Of a stretch of 64,000 bases of DNA, positions 30,680 through 40,286 are shown piece by piece (positions within the stretch are counted from its first letter, which is position 1; each line of letters opens with the position of its first letter). The DNA lies in NCBI GenBank assembly GCA_963775425.1, contig CAVZJB010000014.1:64001-128000 (forward strand), read 5' to 3'. The stretch comes from an uncultured delta proteobacterium. GTDB taxonomy: Bacteria > Myxococcota > UBA727 > VGSZ01. A model generated the notes under the pieces. The model worked only from the letters and a program-made list of their open reading frames with translations. It ran no database searches and was not told where the DNA came from. The translations under genes were made by a program, and so were the position numbers.

Positions 30680-31810
30680 TCAATTCTGCGCGAGAGCGGC
30701 GTCGAGGTTCTCGACGTCGGTGCCGCTCAGGTACGCGTCGAGCGCGCCGAGCGTCCAGGCAGTGGCGGTGAGGCCGGCGAGCACGCCGGAGGCGACGAGG
30801 GCGGCCTCGCCGTTTTGCCGCGCGGACACGACGTCCTGCTGGAGCTTGGCGATGTCCTTGCGGTCCGCCGGGTCCTTGCCGAGGTTGTCGTACACGACGA
30901 AGCGCACGTAGCTTCCGATGCCCGCGGTGGTGAGCGTGGCGAGGGCGAGGCCGCCGGTGGTGGCCCCGAAGACGCCGGCCTTGATGGGCTCGTCGTTGTA
31001 GGCCTGGCCCCAGCCCGGGAGCACGACGCTGCGGAACAGCGCGGCGCCCTTGGAACGCAACACGACGGCGTTGGCCGAAAACGCGATGAGCTCGTCCTTG
31101 GGCAGGTTCACCTCGCGGGCGGTGCCGTCGATGACGCTGCCGGTCTCGGCGTCGACGGCGCGGACGCTCACGCGGAACGCGTCCTGGCCGTCGCTCACCT
31201 GGCCGATGATGAGCGCGCGGGCGCCGGCGATCTTGCCCACCTGCGCGGCCTGGCCGTCGGCGAGCGCGCCGGTCTGCCCGAGCGCCTGCTCGTCGAGGAT
31301 CTTGGCGAGCGCCGAGCGCTCGACGAGCGGCAGCCGGTGGTCACGGGCGAGGTTGGTGACGACGAGATCGCTCACGACGGCGCCGAGCTTCTTCTGCTTG
31401 GCCTGGTCGCCCGCCTCCTCGAAGGGGAGCACGGCGAAGCGCTGGCTGCGGTAGTCGCCGGGGAGCCGCTTGAGGGGGATGGCGATCTGATCGCACAGGG
31501 CCCGCATCCGCGCGTCCATGCCCCGCGCGTTGAGGGCCGCCTGCTCCGCGCGCTTCTGGTCCTCGGCGGCGCGCTTGGCGGCGAGCTCCTCGTCGGCCTT
31601 CTTCTTGTGGGCCTCTTCCTCGGCGGCGGCCTTCTTCTGCGCCTCTTCTTCGGCCGCTTTGTTCTGGGCTTCTTCCTCGGCGGCCTTCTTGGCCTCCTCT
31701 TCGGCGGCCTTCTTCTGCGCCCGGGTCAGGTGCTTGGTGGGCGCCGGCTTGGCGGGGGCGTCCGCGGTGATGGGGCCCGAGAAGAGGAGGACGGCGGCGA
31801 GGATCAGCAT
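30680..31810 (-). CDS. Exported protein with EAK-rich coil, CsgG/FlgO-like domain and DUF5683-like membrane tail
   Basis: AEEEAKK repeats; AVLPF, LVERSALAKILDEQALGQTG, VRAVDAETG; RSVVLPGWGQAYN. Confidence 0.7.
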   Translation of the reverse strand: MLILAAVLLFSGPITADAPAKPAPTKHLTRAQKKAAEEEAKKAAEEEAQNKAAEEEAQKKAAAEEEAHKKKADEELAAKRAAEDQKRAEQAALNARGMDARMRALCDQIAIPLKRLPGDYRSQRFAVLPFEEAGDQAKQKKLGAVVSDLVVTNLARDHRLPLVERSALAKILDEQALGQTGALADGQAAQVGKIAGARALIIGQVSDGQDAFRVSVRAVDAETGSVIDGTAREVNLPKDELIAFSANAVVLRSKGAALFRSVVLPGWGQAYNDEPIKAGVFGATTGGLALATLTTAGIGSYVRFVVYDNLGKDPADRKDIAKLQQDVVSARQNGEAALVASGVLAGLTATAWTLGALDAYLSGTDVENLDAALAQN

Positions 31811-31957
31811 GGCCGCTGTTTAGCGGCACGGCCGCCCGCTGCCAACGGCCGCCCGACCGTCGACAGCCCTGTCGTGCCCGCTTGACGTGACGGCGGTCGC
31901 GGCGCGAGGGTGAATGCGGGCGGTGGCGTCCCCGTCCGACCCCGCCGGAGGTCAAAG

Positions 31958-32167
31958 ATGCGCTCGCTGCTCACCGCTCTCCTCGTCGCCTGCGCGCTCT
32001 GCGGATGTGGGATGAAGCTCGGGCGGGTCCGGACGGCGGGCGCCTCCTCCGCGGCCAAGAAGGACTGCGCGGCCTGCGAAAAGATGTGCAGCGTGGCCGC
32101 CGACGCCGAGAAGAACCCCGACGCCGTGGCGTCGTGCAAGGCCGACTGCAAAAAGACCTGCCAGTGA
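31958..32167 (+). CDS. Small Cys-rich lipoprotein
   Basis: SD GGAGG; LCGC lipobox; CxxCxxxC...CxxxCxxxC. Confidence 0.6.
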   Translation: MRSLLTALLVACALCGCGMKLGRVRTAGASSAAKKDCAACEKMCSVAADAEKNPDAVASCKADCKKTCQ

Positions 32168-32216
32168 GCCGCGCGTGAGGCGCACCGTGAGCCGTCAGTG
32201 AGCCGTCAGTGACGCG

Positions 32217-32762
32217 TCACAGGCTCGGTTTGCATCGGCTCACGTCGTCGCACGTGGTGGCTTCGATGACGCAGCGGCTCAAGCGGTAGTCGGGCTTCTC
32301 CTTGCAGGCCGCGACGCAGCGCGCCTGATCCACCGCGGCCGCCGTCTCGCTGCACGTCGCCCGGCGGGCGCAGGCGTCGGCGCACGGGGCGGCGGCGGCG
32401 GCGGCGCAGTCGTCGGCGCGGGCGAAGACGGTGTCGCTCGGCACCGCGATGCGCAGCGCGCCGTCGCAGCTCGTGCGCAGGCAGTCGTCGACGCTGCGCA
32501 GGCTGCAGTAGGCCTCGAGCCGGCAGGCGGGCTCGCAGGCGACGCGGTCACCGACGAACATCTCCTTGAGGCTCGGCGCCTTGTCCGGCGGCGCGTCGGG
32601 GGTGTCGGTGGGGCCCGCGTCGGCGCCGAGGACGATGGGCGCGCCGTTGGCGTGGGCGTCGTCCTGGACGTACAGCACCGTCCAGATCACGGCGCCGGCG
32701 AGGACGACGCCGACGACGGTGTAGCGCTTCAAGACGCTCACGAGCTCGGGATCGAGAGCCAC
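32217..32762 (-). CDS. Membrane-anchored Cys-rich protein
   Basis: One N-terminal TM; two CxxAC...C...C...C helical repeats. Confidence 0.6.
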   Translation of the reverse strand: MALDPELVSVLKRYTVVGVVLAGAVIWTVLYVQDDAHANGAPIVLGADAGPTDTPDAPPDKAPSLKEMFVGDRVACEPACRLEAYCSLRSVDDCLRTSCDGALRIAVPSDTVFARADDCAAAAAAPCADACARRATCSETAAAVDQARCVAACKEKPDYRLSRCVIEATTCDDVSRCKPSL

Positions 32763-32840
32763 GGGAGCACCCTATGCACTTCGCTCGCGCGGGACCAGGG
32801 CTTCCGTCGTGAGTCCGAAAGTGCGAGAAGCGTCCTCCGG

Positions 32841-34496
32841 ATGGCGGCCAAAGACGGGACCAGCGACGGCAAGCGAGGGCTGCTCGGCTGGCTGCGCAGC
32901 AGCAAGCAGGCCGAGGAGACCGGGCGCGTGCCCGTGGTGCAGGTGGCGCCGCAGGACTCGGGCCCCGCGCCGGTGGCGGTCGGCAACAGCGACAGCGCCC
33001 TGCAGAAGGAGGTCTCCCTCCGCCACGTCGACAAGGGCGAGATCGCCCGCGGCGGCATGGGCAGCATCCGCAAGGTGTTCGACACCAACCTGCAGCGCAC
33101 GGTGGCCATGAAGGTGCTGTTCCCCGAGCACCGGAGCGACGCCAAGGTCAGGGTCCGCTTCGCCGAGGAGGCGCAGATCCTCGGCCAGCTCGAGCACCCG
33201 AACATCGTCCCCGTGCACGACTTCGGCGAGGACGCCGAGGGCACGCGCTACTTCACGATGTACTACGTGCGCGGCAAGACGCTCACGGACATCCTGCAGT
33301 CCGACACCGTCGCCGACGGCTCGCGCGAGGCGTACTTCAAGCTGCTCAACATCTTCCTCAGGGTCTGCGACGCCGTCGCCTTCGCCCACTCGCGTGGCGT
33401 CGTGCACAGAGACCTCAAGCCCGACAACATCATGGTGGGCGCCTTCGGCGAGGTCTACTTGATGGACTGGGGCATCGCGCGCCTGCTCGGGCGCACGTCG
33501 GGGATGCCGAGCTCCGTCGACGGCGAGATCTACGAGCCCGTGCGCGTGCGCCGCCAGGGCGGGACCGGCGGCCAGGACGACGAGACCGGCCAGATCATCG
33601 GCACCTTCTTCTACATGTCGCCGGAGCAGGCCAACGCGCAGATCGAAGCGGTCAACGAAAAGACCGACATCTTCCTCCTCGGCGGCGTGCTCTACGAGCT
33701 GTTGACGGGGCAGCCGCCCTACATGGGCAGCACCGTCGTCGACGTCGTGCGCCAGGCGCAGAAGGCCAACATCCCTGCGCCCGAGCTGATCGCGCCCGAG
33801 CGCAACATCCCGCCGCCGCTGTCGCGCATCGCGATGAAGTGCCTGCAGAAGGATCAAGCCCAGCGCTACGAGACGGTGCAGGCGCTCAAGACCGACGTCG
33901 AGAACTTCCTCAAGGGCGGCGCGTCGTTCCCCATCATCACCTTCAAGGCGGGCGAGCTGTTGATGGAGGAGGGCGCCAAGGGCGATCAGGTCTTCATCGT
34001 GAACAAGGGGCTGGTGCAGGTCTACAAGACCTTCGCCGACGGCCGCCGCCAGGGCCTGGCCACGCTCGGTCCGGGCGCCGTCGTCGGCGAGGCCGCGGTG
34101 CTGTCCGACAGCGAGCGCACCGCCAGCGTCGTCGCCGTCGAGGACACCACCGCCACGGCGGTGACCCGCGCGCAGCTCGAGAAGGAGCTCGGGCTCAACA
34201 ACTGGATGGGCCCGCTGGTGAAGGCCCTCGCCGATCGCTTCATCGGCGTCGACCAGAAGCTCGACGAGTTCCGCACGCAGGCCAACGCGCGCCGCATCGA
34301 GGCGTGGATCCTCGACTACCTCCTCACGCACGGCGTCGTGCGCGACACCGGCGCCAAGGAGGTCGTGCTCTCGGCCATGCTCAGGCAGGCCAAGTACGCC
34401 CTGAAGAAGCCCGAGCCCCAGATTCGCAACGTCGTCGAGTCGATGGAAAAGCTGAAGATCGACAAAGAGCGCGACGTCGTCGCCTTCGTCCCGTAA
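32841..34496 (+). CDS. Ser/Thr protein kinase with C-terminal cNMP-binding domain
   Basis: IARGGMG, VAMK, HRDLKPDN, DWGIA, GTFFYMSPEQ; GPGAVVGEAAVL...RTASV phosphate-binding cassette. Confidence 0.9.
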   Translation: MAAKDGTSDGKRGLLGWLRSSKQAEETGRVPVVQVAPQDSGPAPVAVGNSDSALQKEVSLRHVDKGEIARGGMGSIRKVFDTNLQRTVAMKVLFPEHRSDAKVRVRFAEEAQILGQLEHPNIVPVHDFGEDAEGTRYFTMYYVRGKTLTDILQSDTVADGSREAYFKLLNIFLRVCDAVAFAHSRGVVHRDLKPDNIMVGAFGEVYLMDWGIARLLGRTSGMPSSVDGEIYEPVRVRRQGGTGGQDDETGQIIGTFFYMSPEQANAQIEAVNEKTDIFLLGGVLYELLTGQPPYMGSTVVDVVRQAQKANIPAPELIAPERNIPPPLSRIAMKCLQKDQAQRYETVQALKTDVENFLKGGASFPIITFKAGELLMEEGAKGDQVFIVNKGLVQVYKTFADGRRQGLATLGPGAVVGEAAVLSDSERTASVVAVEDTTATAVTRAQLEKELGLNNWMGPLVKALADRFIGVDQKLDEFRTQANARRIEAWILDYLLTHGVVRDTGAKEVVLSAMLRQAKYALKKPEPQIRNVVESMEKLKIDKERDVVAFVP

Positions 34497-34501
34497 TTGC
34501 A

Positions 34502-34560
34502 CGCGGCCGCTCCCTCCGGTCGCAACTGTTCGCGGCCGCTCCCTCCGCGTCGCAACTGTT
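34502..34560 (-). repeat. Tandem 29/30-bp REP-like repeats between convergent genes
   Basis: CGCGGCCGCTCCCTCCG(G/CG)TCGCAACTGTT twice; contains the reverse complement of the 3969 and 7116 core. Confidence 0.75.
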
Positions 34561-34607
34561 CGCGCGCCTGTCGGCGCGCTCACTTGCGCGCGGCGCCGAG
34601 AGGCGGG

Positions 34608-37600
34608 TCAGGGGGCGAGGGGCGCGGTGAGGTCGGGGTCGCAGGCGTAGCTGGCGTCGAACGCCGCCTGGTCGTACGGGTCCACGAGCGGGGAGCCCGC
34701 GGCGATGGTGACGGCGACGTCGTCGACGGTGATGTCGCCCTGGATGGAGTTCTGCCCGCCGGCGCCGGCGACGTCGAAGGCCCCGTTGAACGCGTCGAGC
34801 GCCGCGCTGCCGACGGTGACGTGGAAGGTCTTGGCGCCCTGCACGATGACCATGTCCACGCCCGTGGCCGTGAGCCCCGTGAACCCCGCCACCGGCGTCG
34901 GCCGCGAGAACACGTCGGTGACCTGGCCGCCTGTGTTGGTGGCGGCGGCGGCGCTGTCGGCCTCGCTGCGGCCCGTCTTGGGCGACACGACGCCGTCGAC
35001 GTCGCCGGTGAGCGTGGCCTGCACCGCGATCGAGCCGTCGGCGCCGCTTTGGTCGAAGAAGCTGAAGCCGTCGAAGTGGACGCCGCCGAGATCCAGCGTG
35101 CCGGCGCCCGGGTCGAGGGGCAAGACGGGGTTGGCGACGTCGCCGGTCAGGAAGCCCGCGACGTCGAACGTGGCCGCCGTCGACGTGAAGTCCCCGCTCA
35201 CGTGCGTCACCGTGTCGGGGTTGGTGTCGCCGTCGACGTCGCAGCTCTGGGCGACGGCGGTGTCGGCGGCGAACGTGTTGGCGCAGTCGGCCGTGGCCGA
35301 CAACGTCACCGAGCCCGCGCCGGGCGGAATGCCGTCGACGGTGGCGCCGCCCACGACGGCGGCGGCGGAGAAGCCGCAGGTGTCGTTGGCCTCGAGCAGG
35401 CTCGCTGAGATGCCCGCGGCCTTGACCAGCAGGCGCGCGGCGGCGTTTCCGAGGACCGTCCGGAAGGAGCAGCCGGCGTCGTCGGTGAGCACCGGGTCGC
35501 CGTTTCCGGCGCACTGGAAGGTGGAGTTGAAGGTGTCGTGGTCGTAGCCCGGGTCGAGCGGGCCGCCGACGGTGACGGCGGCGCCGTCGACGTCGACGGT
35601 GCCGCTGAGCGTGTTCTCGTCGGCGCCGACCTGGCCGTTGATCGCGGAGAAGGTGTCGCCGCTCGCGGCGAGGTCGAGGTTGAAGCGGCTGCCGTCGGAG
35701 ATCAGCGTGACGTCGCCGGACGACCAGGCGAGGTCCGTGAACGCCGCGTGGGGCGTGACGACGGAGCAGGCGCCGCTCGCGGGATCGAGCGCCACCACCG
35801 GACGCACGGTGCCCGCGAGGGTGCCGCTGTGCACGTCGAGGGCGGCGGGGCCGGCGGGGGACGTGGTCACCTGGAAGTGCTCGAGGTCGACGCTGAGATC
35901 GAACACCGCGGGCTGCGTGGACGTGGGCACGACGGGCTCGAGGGGGTCGCCCGTGCGAAAGCCCGTGACGGCCTTGGTGCCGCGAACGGTGATGGTGCCC
36001 GCCACCGACGTCGTGCGGCCGAGGCAGTCGGTGGAGACCACGATGGCCTGAGGGATGTCGAGCACGCAGCCGTCCGCGGGCAGGGTGAACGTGGCGGTGA
36101 CACCGTCGTCACCGACCTCTCCGCCGGCGAACGCGGGGGTGCCGGCGACGGCGGCGCTCGTGAAGCCGCACGTGGTGTCCGCGTCGACGAGGCCGGCGAC
36201 GGTCCCCAGGGCCTGGACGCTCAACGCGGCGGCGCCGACGGCGAGCGGCGCGACGAACTTGCATTGCGCGCCGCCGGCGTCGAAGGGGTCGGTGGTGTCG
36301 GCGATGTCGGGATTGCACTGCCAGGTGGCGTCGAAGGCGGCCTGGTCGAAGGCGGGGTCGAGGCCGGCGTTGTCGGACGGCACCGACAGGACGTTGCCGG
36401 CGACGGTCACGGTGCCGCTCAGGTTGTTGGTGCTCGCGTCGAAGTTGCCGTTCACGGCGTTCAGGGAGGCGCTCGAGACGACGAGGCCGAAGCTCCCCGA
36501 CGCCGACGACACCTGCAGGTCGGCGTCGCTCCAGGTGACCGTGGAGAAGTGCGCGTCGGGCGTGAGCACCGAGCACGATCCCGCGCCGGCGCTGTCTGCG
36601 GTGGAGCGCGCGGTGCGCGGCGTGACGCTGCCGGTGAGCGTACCGCTCCTCGCGAGGAGCGCGTTTTCGTTCGCCGTGCTCGCGACCTTGAAGCCGTCCA
36701 CGGTGATCGCCGAGAACACGAAGGTCGCCGGCTGGTCGTCGTCGGGGACCACGGGTGTGTCGGCGTTGCCCGTGAGGCGGCCGGAGACGGTCTTGGTGGC
36801 GGTGACGGTCACCGAGCCCGACACCAACGCGTGGTTGCCGGTGCAGTCGTCGGCGCCGGCGGTGTCGTCGGGGAAGGTGAGCGTGCAGGCGGTGACGGTG
36901 GTGGTGATGGCGCCGCTGTCGCCGGCGTCGCCGTCGACGACGGCGGTGCCCTGCGCCGCCGCCGACGAGAAGCCGCAGTCGGTGTCGGCGTCGGCGAGGC
37001 CGGCGATGGTGCCGAGCATCTGGATGCTCAGGCGGGCGGCGCCGTCGGCCACCTGCTGCGTGACGTCGCCGCAGTCGAAGCTCTCGGGCGACGCGAAGTC
37101 GTCGGTACAGGCGTAGCTCGCCGTGAACCTGGCGGCGTCGTAGTCGGGGTCGAGCGCGCCGTCGCCGGTGGCGTCGACGGAGCTGCCGAAGACCGTGATG
37201 GTGCCGGAGATGGTGTTTTCGCCGCCGGCGCCGACGCCGTTTTGCGCTTCGAGGCTGCTGGCGTCCACGTCGGCGTCGAACTGGTTGTCGGGCGTGTCGA
37301 CGAAGACCTTGGAGCCCGAGGCGTAGATGACGTCGCTGAAGGACGTGTTGGCCGTGGGGATCGCGCAGGCGCCGTTCGACGCCGCCACCGCCAGCCGCGG
37401 GCTCACGGCTGCGCTGATGGAGCCGCTCACCATGGTGAGCTTGTCCGTGCTGGTGGACTTGGAGACCTTGAAGTTGTCGAACTTTGCCGACGTGATGGTG
37501 ATGACGAGGCTGTCGGCGCTGGCGGGGACGATGGGGTTTTGCGGATCGCCCGTGACGACGCCCGAGACCGTGCGCGTGGCGGAGAGGGTGACCTTGCCCG

Positions 37601-37943
37601 ACGCGGTGGTCTTGTCGCCGTTGCAGTCGGTGCTCACGTCCGTGCTCTTGCCGGCGTCGATGGCGCAGTCCGTCACCGTGAGCGTCAAGGTGCCGAGCGC
37701 GCCCGGGCTCCCCTGGATGGTGGCGGCCTGCTGGACCGCGTCGCTGGCGAAGCCGCAGGTGGTGTCGTCGTTGACGAGCGTGGCCATGGCGCCGACGTTG
37801 CGGATGGTGAGCCGCGCGACGCCCTCGCCCACCTGCTGCCCGGCGCACTGGGGACATCCGGCGGCGGCCGCGACGAGGGCGGTGGCGGCGGCGAAGCGCG
37901 CGACGGAACGACGAATCGGCGACGGGAGGGCGGGGGTGCGCAT
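34608..37943 (-). CDS. Large lipoprotein built of four ~270-aa repeats
   Basis: AAAGC lipobox; four units starting like GAARL...D..CGF and ending like LDP.YD...F...Y.C. Confidence 0.78.
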   Translation of the reverse strand: MRTPALPSPIRRSVARFAAATALVAAAAGCPQCAGQQVGEGVARLTIRNVGAMATLVNDDTTCGFASDAVQQAATIQGSPGALGTLTLTVTDCAIDAGKSTDVSTDCNGDKTTASGKVTLSATRTVSGVVTGDPQNPIVPASADSLVITITSAKFDNFKVSKSTSTDKLTMVSGSISAAVSPRLAVAASNGACAIPTANTSFSDVIYASGSKVFVDTPDNQFDADVDASSLEAQNGVGAGGENTISGTITVFGSSVDATGDGALDPDYDAARFTASYACTDDFASPESFDCGDVTQQVADGAARLSIQMLGTIAGLADADTDCGFSSAAAQGTAVVDGDAGDSGAITTTVTACTLTFPDDTAGADDCTGNHALVSGSVTVTATKTVSGRLTGNADTPVVPDDDQPATFVFSAITVDGFKVASTANENALLARSGTLTGSVTPRTARSTADSAGAGSCSVLTPDAHFSTVTWSDADLQVSSASGSFGLVVSSASLNAVNGNFDASTNNLSGTVTVAGNVLSVPSDNAGLDPAFDQAAFDATWQCNPDIADTTDPFDAGGAQCKFVAPLAVGAAALSVQALGTVAGLVDADTTCGFTSAAVAGTPAFAGGEVGDDGVTATFTLPADGCVLDIPQAIVVSTDCLGRTTSVAGTITVRGTKAVTGFRTGDPLEPVVPTSTQPAVFDLSVDLEHFQVTTSPAGPAALDVHSGTLAGTVRPVVALDPASGACSVVTPHAAFTDLAWSSGDVTLISDGSRFNLDLAASGDTFSAINGQVGADENTLSGTVDVDGAAVTVGGPLDPGYDHDTFNSTFQCAGNGDPVLTDDAGCSFRTVLGNAAARLLVKAAGISASLLEANDTCGFSAAAVVGGATVDGIPPGAGSVTLSATADCANTFAADTAVAQSCDVDGDTNPDTVTHVSGDFTSTAATFDVAGFLTGDVANPVLPLDPGAGTLDLGGVHFDGFSFFDQSGADGSIAVQATLTGDVDGVVSPKTGRSEADSAAAATNTGGQVTDVFSRPTPVAGFTGLTATGVDMVIVQGAKTFHVTVGSAALDAFNGAFDVAGAGGQNSIQGDITVDDVAVTIAAGSPLVDPYDQAAFDASYACDPDLTAPLAP

Positions 37944-37999
37944 GGGCGGCGATGTACCACGGGGCCCCGAGGACCGCAGCGCGGTCTCGCGCACATTCT

Positions 38000-38629
38000 T
38001 CAGCGCAGCACGCGCGCACGCTCGATGCGGTCGAGCCGGAATTGGCGGCGCTCGCCCTTGTCGAGATCTTGCGCATTGATGAGCGTCAACGATCGCTCCA
38101 TCACCACGCTCTCGACGACGATGGTGCGCTCGCTGGTCCCGCTGAAGCCGTGGTAGCGGATGTGCAGCGGCCGGTGCTCGAACCATGCGCGCTCGAGCGC
38201 GCGCCGGACGGGCGGCGGCGCGGGCACGGCGGGGATGCCGGTGAAGTGGAGCTGCCTCATGTGATCGAGCAGGTCCCGTTGCGCCGACGCCGACAGTGCG
38301 CTGCGCACCTTGTCGAGCGCGGTGCCGAGGGTGTCGGTGAACGGCACGAGCCGCGTCTCGGCCGCGTGCTCCCCGAGGCGCACCAGGAGCGCCGCCTCCC
38401 GCGCGGACAGCGCCACCGGCGGCAGCGCGTAGGACTTGTCGAGGGCGTAGCCGCCGCCGCGGCCGCGGTCGGCGCGCACGGGCAGCGACGCGTCGCGCAG
38501 CGTGTCGAGGTCCCGGTAGATGGTGCGGAGGCTGACGCCGTAGCGCTCGGCGAGCACCTCGGCGGTGACGCCCGTGCGGCGGCCGCGCAAGTGCTCCGCG
38601 AGCGCAAACAGCCGCGCCTGCCGGTTCAT
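38000..38629 (-). CDS. YafY-family HTH-WYL transcriptional regulator
   Basis: LAERYGVSLRTIYRDLDTL, GRGGGY, RRQFRLDRI. Confidence 0.88.
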   Translation of the reverse strand: MNRQARLFALAEHLRGRRTGVTAEVLAERYGVSLRTIYRDLDTLRDASLPVRADRGRGGGYALDKSYALPPVALSAREAALLVRLGEHAAETRLVPFTDTLGTALDKVRSALSASAQRDLLDHMRQLHFTGIPAVPAPPPVRRALERAWFEHRPLHIRYHGFSGTSERTIVVESVVMERSLTLINAQDLDKGERRQFRLDRIERARVLR

Positions 38630-38648
38630 GGCCGGCAGCAAACAAAAC

Positions 38649-38664
38649 TGACATACACCTGTCA
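38649..38664. promoter_or_regulatory. Palindromic operator TGACA-N6-TGTCA
   Basis: Seen in the 71-bp divergent gap between the WYL regulator and the VOC gene. Confidence 0.6.
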
Positions 38665-38700
38665 ATCGCCTCCGCTACTCATAGTCGCAGGAGGTCAGTC

Positions 38701-39072
38701 ATGAAGAACGCATTGAGCTGGTTCGAGATCCCGGTGACCGACATGAAGCGCGCGGTCACCTTCTACGAGTCCGTCCTGGGCGCCAAGCTGAAGCAGGAGG
38801 TCTTCGGCGGCATCGACAACGCCCTGCTCCCGTACGAGCCGGGCGCGGGCGTCGGCGGCGCGCTGGTGAAGGACGACAAGCACAAGCCGAGCACCACCGG
38901 CGCCCTGATCTATCTGCCGGCGAAGGACGGCGTGGAGGCGGGCGCGGCGCGCGCGGAGGAGGCCGGCGGCCGCGTGCTCGCGAACAAGATCGACATCGGC
39001 GAGCACGGCTTCGTCGCGCTGGTGGTCGACACCGAGGGCAACCGCATCGGCCTGCACGCGCCTCGCGCTTGA
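38701..39072 (+). CDS. VOC/glyoxalase family protein
   Basis: WFEIPVTDMKRAVTFYESVLG...DTEGNRIGLH; SD GGAGG. Confidence 0.9.
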   Translation: MKNALSWFEIPVTDMKRAVTFYESVLGAKLKQEVFGGIDNALLPYEPGAGVGGALVKDDKHKPSTTGALIYLPAKDGVEAGAARAEEAGGRVLANKIDIGEHGFVALVVDTEGNRIGLHAPRA

Positions 39073-39080
39073 GGGAGGCC

Positions 39081-39115
39081 ACGGAGCGCGCCCTCGTCCC
39101 GGGGGCGCGCTCCGT
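39081..39115. terminator. 13-bp stem-loop between convergent genes
   Basis: ACGGAGCGCGCCC...GGGCGCGCTCCGT. Confidence 0.55.
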
Positions 39116-39173
39116 AAACATCTACGTCAGCGCGCCCTCGTCGACGACGAGCGTCGTCGCGCGGTGAGCGCCG

Positions 39174-40286
39174 TCAGTCCGCTCGGCTCGAAAAGATCGC
39201 GGCGAGCTCCTGGGGCGGCGTCACCTCGAGCTGATCGTAGCGGCAGTCCTCGGGCTTCTTGTCCGGGCGCCAACGCAGGAAGTGCGTGGCGTGGCGGAAG
39301 CGATCGCCTTGCAGGTGGTCGTACTTCACCTCGCACACGCGCTCGAGCCGCACGAGCTCGAAGCCGAGGCTCTTGCCCGGGTTCCAGCGGCTGGTGACGC
39401 CCGGGGCGCGCCTGGCCGTCCCGTCGTCGGGGGCGCGCGACCAGCGGGCCCACGGGTGGCTCTCCTTCGCGCCCTCGCGCAGGGGCGTCAGGAGCGCCGC
39501 GAGCTCCTTGCGCTTGTCCCTGGTGAACGCGGAGGTCACGCCGGCGTGGTGCAGGACGCCGTCGTCGTCGTACAGGCCGAGGAGCAGCGAGCCCACGAGC
39601 TCGCCCGCGCCGCCCTTGAACCAGCGAAAGCCGGCGACGACGCAGTCCGCGCTGCGCACGTGCTTGGTCTTCACCATCACGCGCTTGCCTTCGACGTAGG
39701 GCCCGTCGAGGCGCTTGGACACCACGCCGTCGAGGCCGGCGCCCTCGAAGCGCGAGAACCAATCGCGCGCCGTCTCGATGTCCCGCGACGACGGCGCCAC
39801 GTACACAGGCGGCGCCGCGTGCCCGAGCGCCCGCTCGAGCTTCTCCCGGCGCTCGACCAACGGGCGGCCGCGCAGATCGTCGTCGTCGAGCGCGAGCAGG
39901 TCCCAGCTCACGTACGACGCCGGCGTCTCCTCCGACAACAGCGCGACGCGCGACGCCGCGGGGTGGATGCGCAGCAGCAGCGCCTCGAAGTCGAGCGCGC
40001 CGCCGCGGGCGATGACGATCTCCCCGTCGAGCACGCAGCGGGCCGGCACCTGCGGCCGGAGGGTGCCGCCGTCGAGCCGGCCGCGGAGCGCCGCGACCAC
40101 CTCGGGGAAGTAGCGCGCGAGCGGCTTCTTGTCCCGGCTCCACAATTCGACGTCGTCACCGTCCTTGAAGACGAGCGCGCGAAAGCCGTCCCACTTGGGC
40201 TCGTACAGCCAGCCGTCGCCCTCGGGCAGGGCGTCGGACAGCTTGGCCAGCATGGGCTCGAGGGGCGGCGCGAACGGCAGCGTCAC
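39174..40286 (-). CDS. ligC: ATP-dependent DNA ligase, LigC-type
   Basis: EPMLA, YEPKWDGFR, LDGEIV, EGAGLDGVVSK, VGSLLLGLY, RFRH...RWRPDK. Confidence 0.88.
   Translation of the reverse strand: MTLPFAPPLEPMLAKLSDALPEGDGWLYEPKWDGFRALVFKDGDDVELWSRDKKPLARYFPEVVAALRGRLDGGTLRPQVPARCVLDGEIVIARGGALDFEALLLRIHPAASRVALLSEETPASYVSWDLLALDDDDLRGRPLVERREKLERALGHAAPPVYVAPSSRDIETARDWFSRFEGAGLDGVVSKRLDGPYVEGKRVMVKTKHVRSADCVVAGFRWFKGGAGELVGSLLLGLYDDDGVLHHAGVTSAFTRDKRKELAALLTPLREGAKESHPWARWSRAPDDGTARRAPGVTSRWNPGKSLGFELVRLERVCEVKYDHLQGDRFRHATHFLRWRPDKKPEDCRYDQLEVTPPQELAAIFSSRAD

Noticed and set aside
34608-38654. 1348-aa ORF apparently fusing the WYL region to the repeat lipoprotein
   Set aside because: The WYL gene is in another frame and stops at 38000; the lipoprotein signal begins at 37943.
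39174-40286. Complete NHEJ system
   Set aside because: No Ku or LigD polymerase domain gene is in the window.
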